64,000 nucleotides of DNA from Planctomycetota bacterium (GTDB taxonomy: Bacteria; Planctomycetota; SZUA-567; H5-PLA8), in NCBI GenBank assembly GCA_038227875.1, contig JBBRPR010000001.1, positions 128,001-192,000 of the forward strand, given 5' to 3'. Shown piece after piece: positions 42,951 through 50,514 of the stretch. The number at the start of each line of letters is the position of its first letter. Position 1 is the first letter of the stretch. Under the pieces are notes generated by a model that ran no database searches, had not been told where the DNA came from, and saw only the letters and a program-made list of their open reading frames with translations. A program made the translations under genes and the position numbers.

Positions 42951-43796
42951 TCACCTGTCGTATTTTACTATTTCGAGACATAGCCCATGCGGTGGCGCGG
43001 TCGGTCCGGCTTTGCGACGATCGCGCGCGGCCAGCACGTCGGCCATCCATGCTGGAGCGCGGAATCCGCGTCCGACATCGACCAGTGAACCCATGATGGT
43101 TCGTACCATCTGATAAAGAAATCCGCTCCCTTCAATACGCATCACCAAACGGCCGGGGTAACTGTTGTCGGTTTCCAGCGCGATCGAACGGATCTCGCGT
43201 ACGGTTTCCAATTCGACTTTGCCTTCTTTTACGCGTGTCGCCTGAGTCTCGGTTAACCGGCTGGCAAACGACGTGAAATCGTGGACGCCGATCAGGGCCT
43301 GCGCAGCCGTACGCATTTTTTCGATGTCCAGCGGGAAGCGCACGTGCCAATGCGTGCGGCGCAGAATTGACGGTCGCTCGCGCCGATTGATCATCGCGTA
43401 CGTGTAGATTTTCCCCGACGAATCGCGCTGCGCATGAAAATCGTAAGGCATCTCTTCGGCCTTCAGCGCGACGACGTCTTTGTCCAGGTTGCTATTGAGC
43501 GCATGGCAGAGATCGGCCGTGGCGATGACCACGCCCGGTTCGAGCAGGAAGCTGGCGACTTGTCCGCGCGCGTGAACTCCGGCGTCCGTGCGGCTGGCGC
43601 CGGCGATGCGCACCGGCATCCCCGCCACACGGGCCAGCGCTGTCTCGACCGCGCCTTGCACCGATCGCGCTGTAAATTTCGCGCCCTCGCCAGGCTCACG
43701 GCCGCTCTGCAACTGCCAGCCGTTGAAGTCGGTGCCGTCGTATTCGAGGGTAAGTTTAATGCGCCGATCCGGAGCGGGAACGGAGTCGTTGGTCAT
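42951..43796 (-). CDS. truA: tRNA pseudouridine(38-40) synthase
   Basis: YDGTDFNGWQ, SRTDAGVHA, GVHDFTSF, FLYQMVR, TAPPHGL. Start 43796 or 43817, both inside a repeat. Confidence 0.95.
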   Translation of the reverse strand: MTNDSVPAPDRRIKLTLEYDGTDFNGWQLQSGREPGEGAKFTARSVQGAVETALARVAGMPVRIAGASRTDAGVHARGQVASFLLEPGVVIATADLCHALNSNLDKDVVALKAEEMPYDFHAQRDSSGKIYTYAMINRRERPSILRRTHWHVRFPLDIEKMRTAAQALIGVHDFTSFASRLTETQATRVKEGKVELETVREIRSIALETDNSYPGRLVMRIEGSGFLYQMVRTIMGSLVDVGRGFRAPAWMADVLAARDRRKAGPTAPPHGLCLEIVKYDR

Positions 43797-43969
43797 TGGA
43801 GATTGGTCATCGGTCATTGGTCATTTAACAGCGCTTCGCCAAGTGCAACGCGCGTCCTTAAATGACGTGAGTCTTGTGTGGGAGCGAAATTCAATAACTG
43901 AAGTGATGTCTGCGGCAAAGCGCCGTTAAATGAAAAATGAAAAATGACCAATGCCCAATGACCAATGAC
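43789..43969. mobile_element. MITE-like element with ~50-bp heptamer-based (TTGGTCA) inverted ends
   Basis: Left ..GGTCATTGGTCATTTAACAGCGCTTCGCC; right GGCAAAGCGCCGTTAAATGAAAAATGAAAAATGACCAATGCCCAATGACCAATGAC. Confidence 0.65.
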
Positions 43970-43980
43970 TCTGTAACTGT

Positions 43981-44445
43981 TCATACGGAGACAAAGATCT
44001 CTTCGAACTCAACGCCCAGTCCTTCAAATTCGTGTTCAAAGCGGATCGGGCGGGCTTCGATGCCGATGCCTTCGTAGTCGCCGCCTTTCATCACGATCTC
44101 CAGCTTGAAGGCGCGGACGGGATAGCTGTCCTTGGGCAGTTTGACGTCGCCCAGCATCGCCCCCGACGGAGAGACGTTCAGCACCGTGGCGCTGCCGCAG
44201 TCGTAGACGGAGCCATCCATGAGGAGCACCTTGATATTCGCGTCGATCTTCACCGGCGCGCGGCGGGCTTTGCGGTAATGGGCGCGCAAATGGTCGAAGA
44301 AATCCGCGGAGCGTTCCGCGGCATGGAAGACATCATCATCGGGCACGGGGATCGCTTTCAGCTTGAGGCCGGTGTCGGCAATCGGTTTTCCGGTTCGCGC
44401 GGAAATGCGGCCGAGTCGTTTGGAAATACGTTTCGATTCAGACAT
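43981..44445 (-). CDS. PilZ-domain protein
   Basis: RKARR (RxxxR) and NVSPSG (D/NxSxxG), GLGVEF; ATG after AAGGA. Confidence 0.75.
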   Translation of the reverse strand: MSESKRISKRLGRISARTGKPIADTGLKLKAIPVPDDDVFHAAERSADFFDHLRAHYRKARRAPVKIDANIKVLLMDGSVYDCGSATVLNVSPSGAMLGDVKLPKDSYPVRAFKLEIVMKGGDYEGIGIEARPIRFEHEFEGLGVEFEEIFVSV

Positions 44446-44650
44446 GGAGTTCCTTCCGCAGGTGACGCCGGGGTTGAGGATACGGACGTGCGGCGGGAAT
44501 TCAAGAGTGTGCGGCGGTTTCCTCGTTTTAAATCTCACGCCCGGACGCCGCTCATGATCTCGCGCAAAGACGCAAAGACGCAAAGAACAGAAATTGTTCT
44601 TTTACAATCGCGTTACCGACCGGCAGGCCGCGCCATTGTATGTTATCAGT

Positions 44651-45427
44651 ATGAAAACGCTGACGCTCTGCCTCCCCCTGCTCGTGCTCGTCCTGGCCCT
44701 GCATGCGATCGCTGAAGAGGCGAAGCCGGCATCCCTGGATCCGCGCACGCAAACACTCGCTGCCGTCCATCAAAAATTTGCGGATGCTTTTGCGGCAGCG
44801 TTTGGAAATGGCCCTGCACGGATAGAAACGTGGCATTCACCCACGCCATTCCTTTACGATCTATTTCATTTTCAAATGGAGGGCGACCGGCAGCATGTCG
44901 ACCGACTGAATCTTGTTGGAATGGTGATGCATGATGGAACTCCCGTCGTGTTCGAAATGCCCAAGACCGGTGTCGATAAAGCTGCGTACCGCAGAAATCT
45001 CTGGCCGCCGGACCAACTTGTGACTGCGGCGGTCGATGTAATTCCGTCGATGCCTGACAAGTTGACAAAATATGCCGTGCGAGCGCCAGATGACTATGAA
45101 TCAAAAGCCATCCAAAAGCTTCAAGAGGGCGAGCAGGTTGTAATCCAGACCACTGGGGATGAAATTCGCATGGTCGGCGCCATTCGTGCAGAAAAAAACT
45201 GCCTGGAATGCCACGTCTATCCAGAGAGTTCTACACGCTTCCACTATCAACGAGACAAGTTGCTTCTGGTGCCGCATCAAAAACCCGCGGTAAAGGAAGG
45301 CGACCTGCTCGGCGCCTTCACCTACCGCATCAAGCGCGCGGCCCCGGAAACAAAATCGGACGAGAACCCGTTGAAGAGTCTCGTCCGATTTCTGCAAGCC
45401 AACTCAAAACGCATCACTCAAAACTAA
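44651..45427 (+). CDS. Secreted monoheme c-type protein (DUF3365/Tll0287-like C-terminus)
   Basis: Signal peptide MKTLTLCLPLL; IRAEKNCLECH...EGDLLGAFTY. Confidence 0.7.
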   Translation: MKTLTLCLPLLVLVLALHAIAEEAKPASLDPRTQTLAAVHQKFADAFAAAFGNGPARIETWHSPTPFLYDLFHFQMEGDRQHVDRLNLVGMVMHDGTPVVFEMPKTGVDKAAYRRNLWPPDQLVTAAVDVIPSMPDKLTKYAVRAPDDYESKAIQKLQEGEQVVIQTTGDEIRMVGAIRAEKNCLECHVYPESSTRFHYQRDKLLLVPHQKPAVKEGDLLGAFTYRIKRAAPETKSDENPLKSLVRFLQANSKRITQN

Positions 45428-45430
45428 TAA

Positions 45431-46183
45431 CTATTTACCTGCCGCCGCCTTGTCGAGGAAGAACGTCACCACGCCGCTGCATTTGCGGACCAGGCGCGAG
45501 ACCGGCGGATCGGTCGGCTCGGTTTCGCTGAAGATCTTCGCCAGCATCGGCGTTTTCTCCGCGCCTGTGGCGAGCACGAAAATGTTCTTCGCATTCCAGA
45601 TCACCGGCGAGGTAATGGTGATGCGCTTCACCGCCGGCTTGACTGCGGGGTTGAAGGAATTGGGATCGCAGGTCGTCGTCCACTTCACCACTTCCAGCGG
45701 CGCGGGCGTGCCGGGGAAAAGCGATGCGGTGTGGCCGTCGGGGCCGATGCCCAGCAGGATCAGATCGAAGACCGGGAAGCCATAACTGGGCTGGGTGAAC
45801 TGCGCGCGCAGCACCTTGTCAAACTTGTCGGCGCAGGCTTCGACTGTGCCGTCTGTCGAAATTGGGAAGACGTTCTCTTTGGGAATCGGCGCGCTGCTGA
45901 GCATCGCCTCGGTAGCCATGCGCAGATTGGAATCAGGGCTGTCGGTCTTCACGTGGCGTTCGTCGCCGAAGAAAATCTTCGTCTGCTTCCACGGCATGCG
46001 CTTCACCAGCGGTTCGGAGGCCATCAGACTGTAGGCGAGCTTCGGCGTCGAGCCGCCGGAAAGTGCGATGGTGAACGTCCCGGTGTTGGCCGCGGTCCGT
46101 TCCGCCAGAGCCACTATTTCCTCCGCTGCAGCCTTGCCGACCGCGGCATTGTCGGGACTGACATTCTGTATGAAATTTGGCAT
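45431..46183 (-). CDS. pgl: 6-phosphogluconolactonase
   Basis: ALSGGSTP, FFGDERHV, DSN, LLGIGPDGHTASLFP, RITIT. Confidence 0.95.
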   Translation of the reverse strand: MPNFIQNVSPDNAAVGKAAAEEIVALAERTAANTGTFTIALSGGSTPKLAYSLMASEPLVKRMPWKQTKIFFGDERHVKTDSPDSNLRMATEAMLSSAPIPKENVFPISTDGTVEACADKFDKVLRAQFTQPSYGFPVFDLILLGIGPDGHTASLFPGTPAPLEVVKWTTTCDPNSFNPAVKPAVKRITITSPVIWNAKNIFVLATGAEKTPMLAKIFSETEPTDPPVSRLVRKCSGVVTFFLDKAAAGK

Positions 46184-46269
46184 TGGCGCGAAGCCTCCCT
46201 TTTATAGAGTGAAGTCGAACCAACTTAACGATGCACCTCGAAAGAGGCAAGAGGCGAACGGCCTGCAGT

Positions 46270-46296
46270 TTCGTAGTCCGGGCGTCCCGCCCGGTC
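46270..46296 (+). repeat. GTAG-type REP, single copy
   Basis: TTCGTAGTCCGGGCGTCCCGCCCGGTC, identical over 27 bp to the reverse complement of 8372-8398. Confidence 0.85.
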
Positions 46297-46314
46297 TAAC
46301 CTCGGCACTCACCT

Positions 46315-46505
46315 GCCAATTGGCCATGCGGTTAAAACCCAACATGGGGACTGTAGTCCCTATCCACCTTTTAAATGGATGCTGAAGGTCAGCATCTGCA
46401 AATTTGCCAGAACCACTACTAATGGTAGTGTTGTACCCGTGGTACACCTTGTTGCAAATTTGCAACAAGGTCATTTTGACCTCCGGGCCACGTGGCCCGG
46501 AGGTC
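46315..46505. repeat. Array of about 11 different end-overlapping palindromes
   Basis: Read directly from the sequence; includes perfect 26-bp ACCTTGTTGCAAA|TTTGCAACAAGGT and 28-bp GACCTCCGGGCCAC|GTGGCCCGGAGGTC. Confidence 0.9.
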
Positions 46506-46635
46506 TCCTCCTCAATCGTTCGTTTAATGAATGGAACGCGCGAATTTCCGTGACTTTCGCGGTAGCCGGGTAGTCTTAGAAGTACTATTCCTTGTAACAG
46601 TTCCCACCGTGCGGGATCAGTAGTCACGAACGGGG

Positions 46636-48048
46636 ATGAAACGCTTGTCCAACGAGACGGTCACCCTAAGCACGACTGAGGCTCTTCGCTGCCTGGCGAA
46701 GGGGCCGGATGATCATGCTTGGACGACAGTTCTGGACCGGCATGGCGTGGAAATTCTGCACGCCACCCAACGCATCCTTGGCGATCCCATGTCCGCGGAA
46801 GACGCCTGTCAGGAAACACTTCTGCAGATTCGCGATCGGGCGTCGCAGTTTCGCGGCCGACCCGGCGCTCCGGACACGATGGCGAGGAACTGGATCATGC
46901 GCATCGCATGCAACACGGCGCTTCACATGCTGCGCCAGCGAAGACGCTCCAAGCTGCGCGAACAGAACGTCGCGCGCGAAGCGCCACAGCTGGTCGACGC
47001 GCCCGACCACAATCCCAATCCCAACGACGAACTCGCGCAGCGCGTTCGCGCCGAGCTGGCCGAACTACCCGAGAAGCAGCGCCTGCCGCTGGTGCTCCAT
47101 TTCTTCGCCGGATTGAATTACGAACAAATCTCGCTCGAATTGCGCTGCGGCGCCGGCGCTGCCCGCGTGCGCGTCCACCGCGCGCTGGAAAAACTGCGCG
47201 AACGCATGGCGCTCGTCGGCTTCGTCGTCACCACCGCGGCGCTCTACACGCTGCTCTCCAGCTCCACGGCCTCGGCCGCCGAAGCGGTCTTAAGCCCCGA
47301 ACGCTTCGCCCGCTGGCACGGTCTGCTGATGAGCTCCCAGCACGCCGCGATTAATGTTGTCACCGATCCGGGCTTCACCGCCGTCAGCAAGATCGGCTTT
47401 GCGGCCGCCGCCTCGGCCGTCTGTGGATCGATCGCGCTAACCTGCGGCCAGAAAGCGCCGGCCCAGCCGCAGTCGCCGAACCCGACGCCGCTCACCACGC
47501 AAATTCAGCCTGCCGCGGAGCGCGAATCCGCCAACTCGTCACCGGCGACGCGTCCGTCAGCCGAGCCAAAATTGCCCGCGTCGGCAACCGTCGGATCCGC
47601 GGCTGCGAAGACCACTCCGGTTTCCAAATCGACTCAGGAAGTCGCGAAAGCTCCCGCGGTCATCGCGCCAGAGCCGCCACCGAGCGCCAAACCCGCGCAA
47701 CGCCGCACGGCCGCCGAAAAAGCCGAACGCGCCGCCGCGCGAACCGCGGCTGCCAATGCGCGTAACGACGGCAGCGCTTACAACCCCAGCGAAACGGTCG
47801 AGAACGAACTGGCCTCACCGCTGGCGCAGCTTGAAATGGTGCGGATGATGCAGCACGAATTGAACCTCCGCGTCGCGCGCATCCACGACAACATCCGCGC
47901 GCACGGCATGCTCACCGTTGAAGACCAGATGCATCTGCAGCGCGCCGCGGATGAGCAGAATGAACTCGCCAATCTGGTCCGGCACCTCAGCGATGAAATC
48001 CGCTACTGCCAGCCGCCCGAAAGCGAACACGCGGGGCTGGGCAAGTAA
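46636..48048 (+). CDS. ECF sigma factor with long C-terminal extension
   Basis: AEDACQETLL, NWIMRIACN, LPEKQRLPLVL, YEQIS, RVHRALEKLR; then hydrophobic, Pro/Ala-rich and helical segments. Confidence 0.88.
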   Translation: MKRLSNETVTLSTTEALRCLAKGPDDHAWTTVLDRHGVEILHATQRILGDPMSAEDACQETLLQIRDRASQFRGRPGAPDTMARNWIMRIACNTALHMLRQRRRSKLREQNVAREAPQLVDAPDHNPNPNDELAQRVRAELAELPEKQRLPLVLHFFAGLNYEQISLELRCGAGAARVRVHRALEKLRERMALVGFVVTTAALYTLLSSSTASAAEAVLSPERFARWHGLLMSSQHAAINVVTDPGFTAVSKIGFAAAASAVCGSIALTCGQKAPAQPQSPNPTPLTTQIQPAAERESANSSPATRPSAEPKLPASATVGSAAAKTTPVSKSTQEVAKAPAVIAPEPPPSAKPAQRRTAAEKAERAAARTAAANARNDGSAYNPSETVENELASPLAQLEMVRMMQHELNLRVARIHDNIRAHGMLTVEDQMHLQRAADEQNELANLVRHLSDEIRYCQPPESEHAGLGK

Positions 48049-48065
48049 ATTCATTCAGCGAAAAA

Positions 48066-49553
48066 TCAACGAACCCGGGCCGCGCGAACAACGCGGCCCT
48101 TTTTAATTTCCAGCCGATGCGTGATGCAGTGCGGCAGTTCGCTGGCGTAATGCGTGACAATCACCAGCGCCGTCTGCGCCTGGGAACAGAACGCGTCGAT
48201 CGCGCGGAGCACCAATTCCTGCGCGGCGGCGTCGAGACCCTGACAAGGCTCATCGAGCACCACGAGCCGGCGCGGCTTGACCAGTGCTCGCGCCAGCAGC
48301 GCGAGGCGTTGCTGCGCATCGGAAAGCACGCGGAACGGCCGGTCGGCGGCGGCGCTTAAGCCGAAGTACTCCAGCCACTTTCGCGCGATTCGCTCCTGGG
48401 AGCGCGAGCAGTTCTGATAGAGGCCGAGCGTTTCGAAAAAGCCGGTGCAGACAAATTCGAGCGCCGACGTTTGCGTGCCATAGTGGAGTGCGATGTCCGG
48501 CGAAGCCCAGCCGACCATCGCCTTGAGTTCAAAGAGCGCGAAGTCGTGGCGCGGGCGGTCGAAGAGGCGGACATCCTGCGCGAAGGCCTGCGGGTGGTCG
48601 CCGTTGAGCAGACTCAGCATCGTCGTTTTGCCTGCGCCGTTGGGGCCGGAGACCGACCAACGCTCGCCGGATTTCACGGTCCAGTCGATGCGCTTCAAAA
48701 TCGAGACGCCGCTCATGCTTAGGTTGATGTCGGTGAGTTCGATGACTGGCGCGGCGGCATTAAGTTTCCTCGTGCGTTGTTTGGTCAGCGGCGGTTTCAC
48801 GCGCGGCGCCGGAGCAAACGTTGCGCGCTCGAAGCGCTTGGCCTGAGCGGTACCGAGCTTCGCCGTGCCAAGCACTTCACCTCCGCGCAGGTAAAGCGCG
48901 TGGGTCAGGCCGCGCGGGAGTTCCCACGGGCGCGCGGTAAGGAAGAGTACCGGTTGGCCATGACGCATGATTTTGGAGAGCGATTGCATCAGACCAGCGC
49001 GGCCAGCGACGTCCAGACCGATGAACGGCTCGTCGAGTACCAGCAGCGCCGGTCGGAGCAGCAGCGCGCGAGCGATCAGCAGGCGGCGCATCTCGCCGGT
49101 GGAAAGATGGAGCGTCTGACGCTGGAGCAGGCGGCCGATGCGCAGGAGTTTCACGACGTGAGCGAGGCGCTGCTTCGCATCGGAGCTCCGTCCGGCCGCG
49201 CCGCGCAGTACGCGGCCGGCGGTGGCGGTGCGGTCTTCGTCGCCGATGTACCAGCGCGATTGGTAATAGCTGTCAGATTGCGCCACGAACTCACGGTGGA
49301 GGTGGAACGAGACGCTGGCGATGCGTTCGCACGGATCGCGCTTGCCATCGTCGAAGCCGTAGCGGATCTCGCCGCTGCTGGCCACTTCTCCAGCGAGCGC
49401 CGCCGCGAAGCTCGATTTCCCCGACCCATTCGCGCCGACGATCGCCCAGTTTTCGCCGGGAAGCATGCGCCAGGTCAGGTTGTTGAGAACAGTTTCGTCG
49501 CCGCGGTGGATGCTGACGGCGTCGAGGTCGAGCACGAAGGATTCGGGGTTCAT
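48066..49553 (-). CDS. ModF-like ABC protein with two ATPase domains
   Basis: GANGSGKS/LSTGE/LDEP and GPNGAGKT/LSDAQ/LDEPCQGLD; GDHPQ. Confidence 0.85.
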   Translation of the reverse strand: MNPESFVLDLDAVSIHRGDETVLNNLTWRMLPGENWAIVGANGSGKSSFAAALAGEVASSGEIRYGFDDGKRDPCERIASVSFHLHREFVAQSDSYYQSRWYIGDEDRTATAGRVLRGAAGRSSDAKQRLAHVVKLLRIGRLLQRQTLHLSTGEMRRLLIARALLLRPALLVLDEPFIGLDVAGRAGLMQSLSKIMRHGQPVLFLTARPWELPRGLTHALYLRGGEVLGTAKLGTAQAKRFERATFAPAPRVKPPLTKQRTRKLNAAAPVIELTDINLSMSGVSILKRIDWTVKSGERWSVSGPNGAGKTTMLSLLNGDHPQAFAQDVRLFDRPRHDFALFELKAMVGWASPDIALHYGTQTSALEFVCTGFFETLGLYQNCSRSQERIARKWLEYFGLSAAADRPFRVLSDAQQRLALLARALVKPRRLVVLDEPCQGLDAAAQELVLRAIDAFCSQAQTALVIVTHYASELPHCITHRLEIKKGRVVRAARVR

Positions 49554-49556
49554 GGG

Positions 49557-50138
49557 TTAGCTTTTACTGTCGGAATTGGAGTCGTCCAGCCCGACGAGGC
49601 GGCGCAACTCGTCCTGTTCGCTGAGTTGTTGAACTAAAGTGGGATCCTCGCGAATGCCAAGTTCAAGGCTCAGCTCTTTGGCAAAGCATTTTGCCTCGGA
49701 CTTACTTCGCGTCTCCAAAACGGTGGCTTCATTAGTTTTAAAAATGAGTCGCACGGAATATGCAGTAAACGTTTCATCATCGCTCCGTTCCTGCGCGGTG
49801 ATGACGCATGAAACGAGCTCGCTCAGCTTGTTGTCTGATACTTTGGAAGGGATGCGTCCGTTCTTCCAGACTTTCAAGACGCCTTCGCGGCGATCGATTA
49901 CAAGATGTTCGTTTTGAAAAATTGCCATGATTCCAATGAGGCCCATCGCAGAGAGAACCGCAATGGCAAGGAATGCAAGGATCCAGCCAATGGCATCATT
50001 GGGGAGGCGGTAGGAAAATAATTTGTAGGCAAGAATGCCGCAAACGATCAGCAGCACCAATCCGAAGCAGAACATTATCCAATTATAAGGTTCGCGAAAT
50101 TCGACAACGCTGGGATCGGTGGATGGCATGCGTCGCAT
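49557..50138 (-). CDS. Membrane protein with two TMs
   Basis: Two hydrophobic helices and a soluble C-terminal domain; lower GC. Confidence 0.65.
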   Translation of the reverse strand: MRRMPSTDPSVVEFREPYNWIMFCFGLVLLIVCGILAYKLFSYRLPNDAIGWILAFLAIAVLSAMGLIGIMAIFQNEHLVIDRREGVLKVWKNGRIPSKVSDNKLSELVSCVITAQERSDDETFTAYSVRLIFKTNEATVLETRSKSEAKCFAKELSLELGIREDPTLVQQLSEQDELRRLVGLDDSNSDSKS

Positions 50139-50200
50139 TCATTTCTTTTAGCGGTATAGGTGAATCTTGCGAACGAAATGGCAGCCGCGCGAGAGTCGGG

Positions 50201-50391
50201 CGCCCTTCCAAGGCGCGGCTCATCCGAGCGGATTGGACCAAGGGCTGCCGCCCATGGCTATTGACGGTCGGCCTTCCAGGCCGAGAGCAACGGTAACGGC
50301 GGGGCGCTTTTGTGTATTCAACGCCGCAGGAACCATCCACCTTGGGATGCGAGGTCGCACTGGTGGCTAAACGGACAGCCACCAGTGGCAC
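50201..50391. repeat. Cluster of REP-like hairpins
   Basis: CGCCcTTCCAAGGCG, CCAAGGGC..GCCCATGG, TCGGCCTTCCAGGCCGA, and CACTGGTGGCT-aaacggac-AGCCACCAGTG. Confidence 0.6.
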
Positions 50392-50514
50392 ACAACTGCA
50401 GCCTCAATTGCAACCGCCAATGTTTAGAACGCTAACATAGTGCCCGAACATTATAGGTGTGACCTAAACGAGGGGTCCGCTATAAAGTAAAGGGGCCAAC
50501 TCAGCAGCGGGAAA

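Noticed and set aside
46236..46265. c-di-GMP-I riboswitch suggested by CCTC-GAAA-GAGG
   Set aside because: The GGCAAAC lead-in and GCAAAG second-stem motif are missing; only one small hairpin.
46315..46505. CRISPR array or integron attC array interpretation of the palindrome chain
   Set aside because: No constant direct repeat or spacers, no cas or integrase gene, no RYYYAAC/GTTRRRY boxes, and units are far shorter than attC sites.
46202..46627. 141-aa minus-strand ORF across the palindrome array
   Set aside because: No recognisable motif, atypical codon usage, and it reads through a REP. Not called, although translation cannot be excluded.
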